In this document: one piece after another, positions 53,109 to 63,254 of the stretch | Numbering within the stretch: the first letter of the stretch is position 1 | Layout: each line of letters starts with the position of its first letter | Source of the DNA: an uncultured Verrucomicrobiae bacterium | GTDB taxonomy: Bacteria; Verrucomicrobiota; Verrucomicrobiia; Limisphaerales; JAFGQR01 | Reading direction: 5' to 3' | NCBI GenBank assembly: GCA_963788655.1 | Contig: CAWBHS010000090.1 | Span: forward strand, 133,431-197,430 | Length of the DNA stretch: 64,000 nucleotides | Notes under the pieces: model-generated | What the model saw: only the letters and a program-made list of their open reading frames with translations | What the model was told of the DNA's origin: nothing | Database searches by the model: none | Program-made: the position numbers and the translations under genes

Positions 53109-53717
53109 CTAGTTGACGTTGTTGGAAGGATCTGTCGGTTGATCCACGAGTGCAGCAAGCAACTGGCGCGCCCAGTTGTCTCGCTCAGTGGTAGTTGTCC
53201 ATCGGAGCAGAGTTGGACCTGCGCTGCCCCCTCCAAGCTTGATGTAGCTGAATGGTTTATTGAGATCGAGAGGACTGCAGGCGTCCCAAGTTCTGGCAAT
53301 GCTGACAAATCGGTCGACGCTATCTAGGGCAAGAGAGCGCCCGGTCTCGGTCGCTCGACTCGCGATTCTGGACTTACATATAAGTGCAGGGGTAACCATT
53401 TCGATTATGACCAGGCCATGGACGAGGTCCTTGAGGTGCCGCCAAGTCGCCCACCGGAACGCCCTTAGCGAAAACGTGGCATCCAACAAGGGGACGAGGT
53501 CCGAAGCTAAGAAGTCTCGCGCCTGGACCCCAAGGTAGTCATACGCCGCCAAAGTGGCCTCCGGTTGGCCCACTGGCAGGTCTTGCTGAGCACGGATCAG
53601 GTCGGTCCCGCAATATGCCAGAGATGGAAAACAGCGGACAAGGAATTGGGCCGTAGTTGTCTTGCCAGAGGCAGGCAGGCCGCAGACCACCACCACCGTG
53701 TGCTCGGATTCTGCCAT
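53109..53717 (-). CDS. P-loop kinase (AAA_33 / polynucleotide kinase-like)
   Basis: GAGGAG RBS; GLPASGKTT, TDLIR, LDATF, lid CKSRIASR. Confidence 0.82.
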   Translation of the reverse strand: MAESEHTVVVVCGLPASGKTTTAQFLVRCFPSLAYCGTDLIRAQQDLPVGQPEATLAAYDYLGVQARDFLASDLVPLLDATFSLRAFRWATWRHLKDLVHGLVIIEMVTPALICKSRIASRATETGRSLALDSVDRFVSIARTWDACSPLDLNKPFSYIKLGGGSAGPTLLRWTTTTERDNWARQLLAALVDQPTDPSNNVN

Positions 53718-53896
53718 TTAGGCTCCTCAGTGTAGCACGTGAGCATCTAGGGCGATGCTACCAGCTATTGGGCCGCTGTGCAGGGTTGGCATGTGCAAAG
53801 CGAGACGAGGAACCCGCCGACTGGGACCTGTTTCTTGGATTCATCCGAGAAAGAACATGGAGCTGCGGGAAAAGCAGGGTGACTGGCTTGGCATCC

Positions 53897-54201
53897 ACTT
53901 GACGCGCACGTCACCCCAGGCGTAGCATCGTCCTGCCCACCCCACCCGCCCCCCTCCTCCCCGGGCGGATGGCTGGGCGGTCGAGAGCATGGCTACGCAA
54001 CCTGACGTCATCCGCCTGTACACGATCACGGATCTCTCCGAGGAGCTCGGGGTGACGCCCCGGGCGATCCGGTTCTACGAGGCGAAGGGGCTGTTGGAGC
54101 CTCAGCGCCTGGGGCAGAACCGCGTCTCCACGTACCGTGATCGGGCCCGGCTCTTGGTCATCCTCCGCGGCAAGCGCTTGGGGTCTTCCTTGCCCCGGGT
54201 C
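53897..54201 (+). repeat. 305-bp direct repeat of 63163-63467 (merR promoter plus truncated 5' CDS from 53989)
   Basis: Colinear at a constant offset of 9266 bp; frame diverges after GKRLG..L.RV. Confidence 0.9.
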
Positions 54202-54232
54202 GTCAGGATCGTCGTCTCGGTGGACGGAGGAT

Positions 54233-54950
54233 TCAGCGGCCGAGCCAGTCCCGGTCGTCCAGGTCCCGCCAGGAGAGGAGGGTTCCGGCGCTGCGGGCCT
54301 GGGTTTCGTCGCCGCCGTAGATCACGATCCGGTCGGAGATCCGTGGCGCGTCCCGCCCTTCGAGGGTCTTGGCGAGGCGGTCGAAGGCTGCGAAGTGCCT
54401 GCCGGACGGAGTGCGCGCGGACTTGATCTCGATCACCGTCAGGTCGGCGCCCTTTTCCAGGACGAGATCGATCTCCAGCCGGTTCTGCTCCCGGTAGAAG
54501 AACATCCGCGGGCGCCGGCCCCGGTGGAGGTGGGCCTTGGCGATCTCGCCCAGGACCCAGGTCTCGAAGAGGGGGCCGCGCAGGGGGTGGGTTTCGAGCT
54601 GGCGGGGCGTTTCGATGTGGAGCAGGCTCGCCGCGAGGCCGCTGTCGTAGAAGTAGAGCTTCGGGGTCTTGGTCAGCCGCTTGCCGAGGTTGGCGAAGTA
54701 CGGTGGCAGGCGGAAGACGATGTAGCTCGCCTCGAGGACCGAGAGCCAGGCGCGGGCGGTGGGCTGGGAGATGCCGCAGTCGTTGGCCAGCGAGGAGAGG
54801 TTGAGGAGTTGCCCGGTGCGGCCGGCGCACAGGCGGAGGAAGGTCTGGAACATGAGCAGGTCGCCCACGTTGATCAGGCGGCGCACGTCCCGCTCCAGGT
54901 AGGTGGCGGTGTAGTCCTCCAGCCACTCCCCGGCCGGGAGGTCGCGCTCG
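54233..54950 (-). pseudogene. AAA+/DUF4143 ATPase, C-terminal part only
   Basis: TYLERDVR, KRLTKTPKLYFYDSGL, GPLFETWV, EIDLV, IEIKS; Walker A/B region absent. Confidence 0.8.
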
Positions 54951-55017
54951 GTTGTGCAGATCCAAGGTCTCGTTTTGAATTTGCACGGCGGCCTCGTTCT
55001 CCCTCGAGATCAAATCG

Positions 55018-55326
55018 CCGGTGCGCACCCTTCGAGCAGCGCTTCACCGACCATCGTGGGAGGCTCCCGCGTTTCCTCCACCGCTGGCGCCGCGAGGCTC
55101 TTCGTCGCGGGCCTGATGCTCCCGGTAGTTCTGCTCCAGGTTGTTCCAGAAACCGGCGGGCACTCCGAGAACCCGTTCCAGTTGTAGCGCCGTCTCCGGG
55201 GTGATCGCCGCCTTGCCCTGGATGATCTCGGTCACCGTCTTCTTGGGCCGACCCATCCGCTCCGCCAGGTCCGCCTGCGTCATCTGGCGCTCGTCGAGAA
55301 CCTCTTGGAGGGTCTCGCCCGGGAGG
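55018..55326 (-). pseudogene. higA fragment with internal deletion
   Basis: MTQADLAERMGRPKKTV...FWNNLEQNYREH, near-identical to 61513-62637. Confidence 0.8.
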
Positions 55327-55397
55327 CCGCGCTCGTAGATCCGGGGATACCCGCCTTGCCAGATCAGGTTTTCGGGGAAAGATGGCGCAACGACCCC

Positions 55398-55664
55398 TCA
55401 ACGAGAACGGTAGATCTCACGGCGGTGGCCGATCTCGTGCACCAGGATGATCCGCTCCTCGTGGAGAAGCTCGTAGATGGCACGATAGTCGCCGGTTCGC
55501 AGCTTGTAGAAACCAGCGAGGTCTTCTTTGAGCGGCTCCGGGTCGATCTGGTCGAAGTTCGCGCCCAACCAACCCAGACGCCTGCCGATCCGCCGCGCGA
55601 CCTGCCGGTCCAGCTTCTTGAGGTCTTTGGCTGCGGTTTGGAGCAGCTGGACTTGCCAGGCCAC
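55398..55664 (-). CDS. RelE/ParE-family toxin
   Basis: AAKDLKKLD, PLKEDLAGFYKLRTGDYRAIY, IGHRREIY. Confidence 0.9.
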   Translation of the reverse strand: MAWQVQLLQTAAKDLKKLDRQVARRIGRRLGWLGANFDQIDPEPLKEDLAGFYKLRTGDYRAIYELLHEERIILVHEIGHRREIYRSR

Positions 55665-55668
55665 CGGC

Positions 55669-55887
55669 TCAGTCGAGCTCGAGCTCGGCCATGACCTCCG
55701 CGAGCGGGCGGCCTCGCTCCCCCTGCGCCACGCGGCGGCGCTGCTTCAGCAGCCGCTGCCGTACGGGTTCACGGAGGTTCAGGTCGGCATCGGGGTCCCC
55801 CAGCAGCTCTTCGATCCTGCGCTCCACTCGATCGTCGATCAGCTCCGTGAGCTGCTCAGCCGTCATGTCGCTGACTGTCTTCGCCAT
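55669..55887 (-). CDS. Putative cognate antitoxin
   Basis: 72 aa, GGAGG RBS, immediately upstream of relE; ends PLAEVMAELELD. Confidence 0.72.
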   Translation of the reverse strand: MAKTVSDMTAEQLTELIDDRVERRIEELLGDPDADLNLREPVRQRLLKQRRRVAQGERGRPLAEVMAELELD

Positions 55888-56024
55888 GCCGCGTCCTCCA
55901 CTGGAGACTTTATCAGCAATCACACGAGCAAGAGCCCGGGCGTCACGGAGGGCGGCCGGATGGACGGCTGGACCCGTTTCGAGGAGGTCGACGACACAGC
56001 GCAGAGGGTGGGAGTCCCGTCCAC

Positions 56025-56459
56025 TCAGCCCCCCGGCCCCGCTCGGAGCCGCTCCTCCAGCCACGCAGCGAAGAGCGAGATGGTGGCGCGGTGATCACCG
56101 GCCATCGAATCGGCGGCGGCCGCGGCGTAGAGTGATCCCGCGGCGCGTGGTCGCAGGCGGACGAACAGCGGCAGGCCGTAGCGCAGGGCGCACCAGTTGG
56201 CCCACAGCCGGGCGGTGCGGCCATTGCCGTTGGCGAACGGATCGAATCCGCGCCCACTCGCCGTGGGCGATGAAGGGAGCGTAGTACGGGACGGGAGGAC
56301 TACGCCGTGGAAGATCGAGCGGTGCCAGCCTTGGGCCAGCGAGACCGTCGGCGCCAGCCGATCGGGGGCTTGTTCGATCAGGCGAGAGAGGAGCGCCTCG
56401 AGGTTGCGCCGAAGCAGGGCTGCGGCGCCGGGCGGATCATCGTTCCACGGGATCGGCAA
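56025..56459 (-). pseudogene. Fic/Doc-like gene, internally deleted
   Basis: PFANGNGRTARLWAN without the catalytic His; short middle section. Confidence 0.6.
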
Positions 56460-56795
56460 AGACGGCCCCCACTCCCACCGGATCGTCGAACGGCTCCGCA
56501 GCGCGGCTGCGCAACGGGTCGTCCTCCTCGACCTCGGCTCGCGCGAAGTCCCTCGCGTCCGCCATCCGGTCGTCTGCGCCGTCGAGATCGCCCGGTAGCA
56601 CCCGAGCAACCGGACCGTCCTGCGCAGCCTTTCCTCGAGCTCGGCACCGACGATGGCCAGCTCGTGCTCGATGGCACGCTCTGCCAGCTCGTTCATCGAC
56701 ATCCCCAGCTCTCGGGCGGCATGCTGGAGGGCCCGGTGGGTGCGCTCGTCGCGGAAGCGGAGGGTGAAGGCCTTTCTGGAAGCTGATTGCTTCAT
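56437..56795 (-). CDS. Ribbon-helix-helix antitoxin-like protein (frameshift near 56590)
   Basis: KAFTLRF...LQHAARELGMSMNELAERAI. Confidence 0.6.
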
Positions 56796-56861
56796 GCCGG
56801 AACAGTAGCGTTTCGCAACCATGACGCCAAATCCCGAGTATGACGTTACCGGCGTCCAGTG

Positions 56862-57040
56862 AGTTCTGCTCCAGGTTGTTCCAGAAGTCGGCGGGGACGC
56901 CGAGGACCCGTTCCAGTTGCAGCGCCGTCTCCGGGGTGATCGTCGCCTTCCCCTGGACGATCTCGAGCACCGCATCTCGGGCCGCCCCATCCGCTCGGCC
57001 AGGTCCGCCTGCGTCATCTGGCGCGTCGAGCAGTTCCAGG
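56862..57040 (-). pseudogene. higA HTH fragment
   Basis: QMTQADLAERMGRP / IVQGKATITPETALQLERVLGVPADFWNNLEQN. Confidence 0.75.
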
Positions 57041-57185
57041 AGGGGCTCGCCCCGTTGGCCCGGCCCCACCCCTGCCGGAGCGCATCGGCTCCTTCGATCG
57101 ACCGGTGACGCATCGTCACGGGCGCTGACCGGTAGAATCAGCCGTGAAGAGTCTTGACGACACCGATGGATTACCCGAAACGTCC

Positions 57186-57524
57186 ATGAAGACCCCCGAC
57201 CTGGCCACGATCGACGAGGCGCTCATCGACGGCGTGTACGACCGCATCGTCGAGGCCTTCGAGCCAGAGGCCGTCTATCTCTTCGGATCGGCAGCCCGGG
57301 GCGAGAGTCGGCCCGGAAGCGACCTCGATCTACTCGTGGTGATGGAGGTACCGCAGGGAACGAGCCGCCTGGAGATGAGCCGCAGGATTCGCGCCCTCTT
57401 CCGTGGCTGGCGCCTCCCGCTCGACGTCATCGTCCTCGAGCCTCGAGTCTTCGAGGAGAGGCAGGCGGTTCCGGGGAACATCGCTCGGATCGCCGTCCGG
57501 GAAGGGCGCCGCCTCCATGCCTGA
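57186..57524 (+). CDS. MNT nucleotidyltransferase antitoxin
   Basis: YLFGSAARGESRPGSDLDLLVV...EGRRL; no intact HEPN gene follows. Confidence 0.85.
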   Translation: MKTPDLATIDEALIDGVYDRIVEAFEPEAVYLFGSAARGESRPGSDLDLLVVMEVPQGTSRLEMSRRIRALFRGWRLPLDVIVLEPRVFEERQAVPGNIARIAVREGRRLHA

Positions 57525-57748
57525 GCTCCCGCACCTCGATGCGGAAGCGCCTGCCGATCCTCCGCCTGAATCGGACGCGTAGAGACTCCTCCTTCGGAAC
57601 ACCACGTCCCCTTGCCAAGCCGGCGAGGTGCCAGGGAGCTCGAGGACCTCGACGATGCGGACCCGGCTCAGTGGCGGCAGCTCCGGCCACCGATACGGCG
57701 GGGCGCACGTGGTGTACGGTCTCCGAGTCGACGACGCGAGGAGGACCG

Positions 57749-59200
57749 ATGCCGCCAGCAGACCGAACCGGCCGCAATGATCCGTGCCCGTGCGGGAGCG
57801 GGAAGAAGTACAAGAAGTGCTGCCTGCCGAAGGAGAAGGAGGCGCGGCGGGAGGCGGAGCGCCAGCCCCCGGGGTACGACCCGGTCGAGCGCGCCCTGAA
57901 GTGGCTCGACGGGCGCTATCCGGGCGAGATGGCGGAGGCGCTCCATGGGCACTTGGCGCTCTCTGTCGAGGACGCGATGGACCGCGTGGAGGAGCTTCCC
58001 AAGGAGCTCCGCGGCATGGTGGTCGCCAATTCGAACGAGTGGCTGATTGCCGACGGCGCGCTGGCCCTCGACGAGGGGGACGTCCCGGTGCGCGAGCTGC
58101 TGCTCGGCCCCGGCGGGCCTCTCTACGACGCCGAGCAGCGGGCCTGGATGGAGGCCCTCACCTCCCGGCCCCTGGGCTTGTACGAGGTGCTGGAGACGAC
58201 CCCGGGGACGGGCTTCCGGGTCCGGGACCTCTTCCACCCTGACGAGCCGCCGATCGACGTCCGGGAACGCTCGGCCTCGCAGACCATCGTCCAGTGGGAG
58301 GTCCTCGGCCTCCGCCTCGTGCCCTGGAAGGGCGATTGGCTCGTGGCCGGCAGCATCTACCCGCTCTTCCGGGACGCGGACTTTCCCGAGTTCCTGCGCG
58401 ACCTGCGGGAGGAGCTGGCCCAGAAGGCCGGCGGCGATCCGGAGCGGGAGCGGGTGTTCCTGTCGGTCGCGATTCCCCAGGAGTGGCTCCTCCAGTTGCT
58501 GGAGCCGCGGGAGCTCCCGGAGCCGGTCGACGCCGCCACCGGGGAGCCGATCCTGCTGGTCACGGACCACTACCGGGTGCGGAGCTGGGAGCGCCTGGAG
58601 GCCGCGCTGGCGGGCCAGCCCGACGTGGAGGGCAGCCGGGCGGACGGCTGGACCCGCTTCGAGGAGGTCGACGACACGATGCGCCGGAGCCTCCTCGGGA
58701 TCAACCCGGGGCGGGGCGATCGCCTCGAAGTGTTCGGCCGGACCCGCAGCCGGGCGGACGAGGGGCGGGAGTGGCTCGAGGGGGTGGCAGGGGACGCCAT
58801 CGAGCACCGGACCCGGGAGATCGTGGACCCGCGCAGTGGCCTGGACGGGCCGGGAGGCGGACCGCCTGCCTCAGCCGGACCTCCGGGAGGGGCCGGAGCT
58901 CCGGGAGCCGGCGCAAGCGGACGGGGCGGCGCGCCCATCCCCATGCCCACCGAGGTCATGCAACAGGTCCTCGAAGGCCACTACAGGGACTGGGCCGAGG
59001 ACCCCATCCCGGCCCTCGACGGCCGGACCCCGCGGGAAGCGATCGAGACGCCGGAGGGTCGCGCGGCGGTGATCGGCCTGCTCAAGCTCTACGAACAGGG
59101 CGAAGCCCGCTCCGCCCGCAAGGAAAACCGCGAGCCGGCGAGCCTCCAGTTCCTCTGGGACGCCGTCGGGCTGGACCGGGACGAGGCGCTGGGCGGGTGA
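57749..59200 (+). CDS. SEC-C motif protein with C-terminal MbcA/ParS-like domain, copy 1
   Basis: GAGGAGG RBS; GRNDPCPCGSGKKYKKCC; WAEDPIPALDGRTPREA. Confidence 0.82.
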   Translation: MPPADRTGRNDPCPCGSGKKYKKCCLPKEKEARREAERQPPGYDPVERALKWLDGRYPGEMAEALHGHLALSVEDAMDRVEELPKELRGMVVANSNEWLIADGALALDEGDVPVRELLLGPGGPLYDAEQRAWMEALTSRPLGLYEVLETTPGTGFRVRDLFHPDEPPIDVRERSASQTIVQWEVLGLRLVPWKGDWLVAGSIYPLFRDADFPEFLRDLREELAQKAGGDPERERVFLSVAIPQEWLLQLLEPRELPEPVDAATGEPILLVTDHYRVRSWERLEAALAGQPDVEGSRADGWTRFEEVDDTMRRSLLGINPGRGDRLEVFGRTRSRADEGREWLEGVAGDAIEHRTREIVDPRSGLDGPGGGPPASAGPPGGAGAPGAGASGRGGAPIPMPTEVMQQVLEGHYRDWAEDPIPALDGRTPREAIETPEGRAAVIGLLKLYEQGEARSARKENREPASLQFLWDAVGLDRDEALGG

Positions 59201-59249
59201 GGCGCGGCCGGCCTCAGTCCTCCTCGAGCTCCACCCCTCCGAGATTGAA

Positions 59250-59385
59250 TCGCCGACGCAGGCGCCTCGGCTCGTGGGGAAGGATCAGGAGCCGGGCTCC
59301 GAAGCGGTCGGCTTCCGCCTCCGGGCAGTTCCGGGGCGACGGCGACACCGGCCGACGCACACCGTTCGAACAGCACTTCACCGAT
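59250..59385 (-). pseudogene. higA 3' remnant with several deletions
   Basis: Patches match about 61490, 61705-61755 and 61950-62015. Confidence 0.65.
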
Positions 59386-59423
59386 CCGCTTCTGTTGCCG
59401 GAGCTGGTACTCTTTGATCTACC

Positions 59424-59675
59424 ATGCAAGCCCGTGAACAGCTCCACCGCCTCATCGATGAGCTTTCCGACAGCGACCTTCAGGTGGCTGCGAGGGTTCT
59501 CACCGGTCTCCGTGCTACTGAGGACCCGGTGCTCCGCGCCCTGTTGACCGCACCGCCGGACGATGAGCGGCTCGACGACGATTGCGACGGTGGGTTGACG
59601 GAATCACGCGAAGACGCCCGCCAGGGTCGTTTCATCGACCACGAGGAGCTGAAGCGGGATCTCGACATCCCGTGA
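59424..59675 (+). CDS. Putative antitoxin followed by a truncated RelE start
   Basis: AREQLHRLIDEL...FIDHEELKRDL; overlapping GTG gives MRYKLLWTARASKDLKKLD, then similarity stops. Confidence 0.65.
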   Translation: MQAREQLHRLIDELSDSDLQVAARVLTGLRATEDPVLRALLTAPPDDERLDDDCDGGLTESREDARQGRFIDHEELKRDLDIP

Positions 59676-60032
59676 GGTACAAGCTCCTTTGGACGGCGCG
59701 TGCGAGCAAGGACCTGAAGAAGCTCGATCTCAGGAAATGGCTCGGGTCGGAAGGGCTGGGCGGAGGCAGCAGCGCTCGAGATCTACCGAGCAGGTCACAG
59801 GGCCAAAGCCTACTGACTCCTGAGAGGTAGATGGCGGGGCGCAGCGCTTCCGGGAGTTGGGGAAAGCCCTCCTTCTGGTGCGCGACCTTGTCGTCCTTCC
59901 GAAGTCGCACGTGATATCCAGTCGTGCTCCGCTGGGCCAGCAGGTTCACGCGAGCCTGGTACCGGGACACCCACGTGAGCTTGCAGGGTGCACGTGGAGT
60001 ACGGTTCCGAGTGGACGACGCGAGGAGGACCG

Positions 60033-61468
60033 ATGACCCCGAGTGACCGAACCGGCTGGAATGATCCGTGCCCGTGCGGGAGCGGGAAGAAGTACAAGAA
60101 GTGCTGCCTGCCGAAGGAGAAGGAGGCGCGGCGTGGGGCGGAGCGCCAGCTCCCGGGTACGGCCCGGTCGAGCGCGCCTTGAAGTGGCTCGAGACGCGCT
60201 ATCCGGACGAGTCGGAGAAGGCGGTCCACGGGCACTGGGCGCTCGCCGGCGAGGAGGCGATGGAACGCTGGAGGAGCTTCCCGAGGGGCTCCTCCGCATG
60301 GTGGTCGTCAACTCGAACGAGTGGCTGATCGCCGACGGCGCGCTGGCCCTCGACCAGGGGGACGTCCCCGTGCGTGAGATGCTCCTCGGCCCCGGCGGGC
60401 CGCTCTACGACGCCGAGCAGCGGGCCTATGGAGGCCCTCACCTCCGGCCTCTGGGCTTGTACGAGGAGCTGGAGACGACCCGGGGACGGGCTTCCGGGTC
60501 CGGGACCTCTGCCACCCTGACGAGCCGCCGATCGACGTCCGGGAACGCTCGGCCTCGCAGACCATCGTCCAGTGGGAGGTCCTCGGCCTCCGCCTCGTGC
60601 CCTGGAAGGGCGATTGGCTCGTGGCCGGCAGCGTCTACCCGCTCGTCCGGGACGCGGACTTCCCCAAGTTCCTGAGCGCTCTGCGGGAGGAGCTGGCCCG
60701 GGAGGCCGGCGGCGATCCGGAGCGGGAGCGGGCGTTCCTGTCGGCCGCGATTCCCGGGAGTGGCTCTCCCGGCTGTTGAAGCCGCGGGAGCCGGAGCCGG
60801 TCGACGCCGTCACCGGGGAACCGATCCTCCTGGTCACGGATCATTACCGGGTGCGGAGCTGGGAGCGCCTGGAGGCCGCCCTGGCGGGCCAGCCCGACGT
60901 GGAGGGCAGCCGGGCGGACGGCTGGACCCGCTTCGAGGAGGTCGACGACACGATGCGCCGCAGCCTCCTCGCGCTCAACCCGGGGCGGGGCGATCGCCTC
61001 GAAGCGTTCGGCCGGACCCGCAACCGGGCGGACGAGGGGCGGGAGTGGCTCGAGGGGGTGGCAGGGGACGCCATCGAGCACCGGACCCGGGAGATCGTGG
61101 ACCCGCGCAGTGCCCTGGACGGGCCGGGAGGCGGATCGCCGGGTTCCGTCAGACCTCCGGGAGGGGCCAGAGCTCCGGGAGCCGGCGCGAGCGGACGGGG
61201 CGGCGCGCCCATCCCCATCCCGACCGAGGTCATGCAACAGGTGCTCGATGGCCACTACAGGAACTGGGCCGAGAACCCCATCCCGGCCCTCGACGGCCGG
61301 ACCCCGCGGGAGCGGTCGAGACGCGGAGGGTCGCGCGGGGTGATGGGCCTGCTGAAGCTCTACGAGCAGGGCGAAGCCCGCTTCGCCCGAAGGAAGGCCC
61401 GAGCCTGCGACCTCCAGTTCCTCTGGGACGCCGTCGGGCTGGACCGGGACGAGGCGCTGGGCGGGTAG
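60033..61468 (+). pseudogene. SEC-C protein copy 2 (many frameshifts)
   Basis: Colinear with 57749-59200, including the upstream RBS. Confidence 0.8.
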
Positions 61469-61512
61469 GCGCGGCCATCGAGATCGTAATCGCCGGCGCA
61501 AGCGCCTCGGCG

Positions 61513-62637
61513 TCAGGAGCTCTCTGCCCCCTCGGCCCAGGTGAGTCGGGTTCTCAACCCGTTCAGGTGGGTGTGTGGCAGCCAGCCTTCGTGTTGCAGC
61601 CGGCCGACGACGATGCCGGGGTGAATCCCCAGCTCGGCAGCGAAGGCTCGGACGCGCGCCTTGCTGATGCGCTCGGCGCGAGCAGCGGCGCGGAGGCGCT
61701 CCAGCTCCTGGGGAGGGATCAGGAGCCGGGATGCGAAGCGGTCGGCTTCCGTCTCCTTCTTCTTCACCTCCGAGTCCGAGGCTCCATCCTCGCCTTCGAT
61801 GAATACATCCCGCTTGCCGTGGAGAAGGACGTGGCCCGCCTCGTGGAAGAAGCTGAACCAGAACACGTCCGCCCACCGGTACCGAAGGCTGAGCTGGATG
61901 AGCGCCTTCCGGGGGGAGAGCCACCGGGTGGCTCCGTTGGCGCGGCAACCGGGCAGCTCTGGGACGAGGGCGACGGCGACACCGGCCGACGCACACCGTT
62001 CGAGCAGCGCTTCGCCGAAGACCGCGGCAGGCTCCCGGGTGAGCTTCCGCGCTTCGGTCAAGACGGCCTTGAAGCGATCTCGGTCGAAGGCGGCGCAGCG
62101 CATTCGCTGGCCCTCGAGCGCACCCTTGCGGAGCCAGGCGGCGAGGGCGCCCGTCTGGCTCTCGAAAGCCATCGTATGGCGGTAGCTGGCCTGCGGTAGC
62201 TCGAAGACGTCGCTCCACCGGTCCGGCGAGGCGATGCCGAAGAAGTTGAGGAGCTCCCGGGCCTGGTCGACCCGGTCCTTGCGCCGCTCGATCCATCCCA
62301 GCTCCACCATCTTGCGGACCGGGATCTGCCGAAGCCAGTCCCCGCTCGTCGCGAGGCGCTCTTCTTCTTCCTTGCGGGCCAGGTGCTCCCGGTAGTTCTG
62401 CTCCAGGTTGTTCCAGAAGCCGGCGGGCACCCCGAGGACCCGTTCCAGTTGCAGCGCCGTCTCCGGGGTGATCGCCGCCTTGCCCTGGACGATCTCGTTG
62501 ACCGTCTTCTTGGGCCGCCCCATCCGCTCCGCAAGGTCCGCCTGCGTCATCTGGCGCTCGTCGAGCACCTCCTGGAGGGTCTCGCCCGGGAGGGAGACCG
62601 AGTCCGGCGTGTACTCGTTCACGTGGCCGTCAGCCAT
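61513..62637 (-). CDS. higA: HigA antitoxin: XRE HTH plus ImmA/IrrE metallopeptidase
   Basis: PGETLQEVL..MTQADLAERMG; FFHEAGH; EADRFA. Confidence 0.9.
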   Translation of the reverse strand: MADGHVNEYTPDSVSLPGETLQEVLDERQMTQADLAERMGRPKKTVNEIVQGKAAITPETALQLERVLGVPAGFWNNLEQNYREHLARKEEEERLATSGDWLRQIPVRKMVELGWIERRKDRVDQARELLNFFGIASPDRWSDVFELPQASYRHTMAFESQTGALAAWLRKGALEGQRMRCAAFDRDRFKAVLTEARKLTREPAAVFGEALLERCASAGVAVALVPELPGCRANGATRWLSPRKALIQLSLRYRWADVFWFSFFHEAGHVLLHGKRDVFIEGEDGASDSEVKKKETEADRFASRLLIPPQELERLRAAARAERISKARVRAFAAELGIHPGIVVGRLQHEGWLPHTHLNGLRTRLTWAEGAESS

Positions 62638-62965
62638 GGTAGTCCTCCACTTCGAGAATCCGGATTGCGGTGACGCGTCCCCAGTCCAGGCCGCCGTCGT
62701 CTTTGGTCGGAGGAGGGTTGTCGGCGGGTTCGAAGATCAACCGGTAGGGGCCGCGGAGATCGAGGGCGAGCTCGCCCTTGCGGTCCGCTCCGAGCTCGTG
62801 GCAGCGGCCGGGAAGCTCACGCATGACTCCGAGATCCTCGGCAGCCCGCAGTTGGTCGAGCCTCCGTCCCAGCACCTTCGCGGCGTCCGCGCCGAATGCC
62901 TTGACTCGGCCCCGCTCGGAGACGCACTGCTTCGCGAGGCGCTTGTTCACAAAGAGAATATCCAC
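62630..62965 (-). CDS. higB: HigB-like (killer suppression) RelE-superfamily toxin
   Basis: PGRCHELGADRKG..ALDLRGPYRLIFEP...VEDYH. Confidence 0.88.
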   Translation of the reverse strand: MDILFVNKRLAKQCVSERGRVKAFGADAAKVLGRRLDQLRAAEDLGVMRELPGRCHELGADRKGELALDLRGPYRLIFEPADNPPPTKDDGGLDWGRVTAIRILEVEDYHG

Positions 62966-63164
62966 AGATCACTCGCAGGTCAACCGTGTCATTAACCCCT
63001 GCCGTTAATCGAACTGAATCCACGGTACCCGGTCCAGCGTTGTCAGTCAAGTGTCTTCTGAAGGTTTGAACCTGGGTCCGCCGACGGCTGTCCTCTCGCG
63101 CAGTACGGTCTGCCTTCAAGTCGGGATGGAAGCCGCGTTGCGGCGTGACCTCCGCGCCAACTAC

Positions 63165-63194
63165 TTGACGTGCACGTCACCCCGGGCGTAGCAT
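63165..63194 (+). promoter_or_regulatory. merR/liuR promoter with palindromic operator
   Basis: -35 TTGACG, 18-bp spacer, -10 TAGCAT; perfect palindrome TGACGTGCACGTCA at 63166-63179. Confidence 0.68.
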
Positions 63195-63254
63195 CGTCCT
63201 GCCCACCCCACCCGCCCCCCTCCTCCCCGGGCGGATGGCTGGGCGGTCGAGAGC

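Noticed and set aside
48102..53717. Canonical CBASS, Pycsar or pVip assignment
   Set aside because: No recognisable CD-NTase or PycC cyclase, and key viperin pocket residues are not conserved; kept as a novel candidate instead
57517..57700. HEPN toxin after the MNT gene
   Set aside because: The overlapping ATG frame stops after 21 codons and no HEPN motif is recognisable
57668..62296. Long overlapping ORFs (379, 417, 479, 553 aa)
   Set aside because: Alternative-frame or antisense artefacts of very high GC over the SEC-C and higA genes
53897..62637. Diversity-generating retroelement or retron explaining the repeats
   Set aside because: No reverse transcriptase in the window, and differences between copies are not adenine-specific
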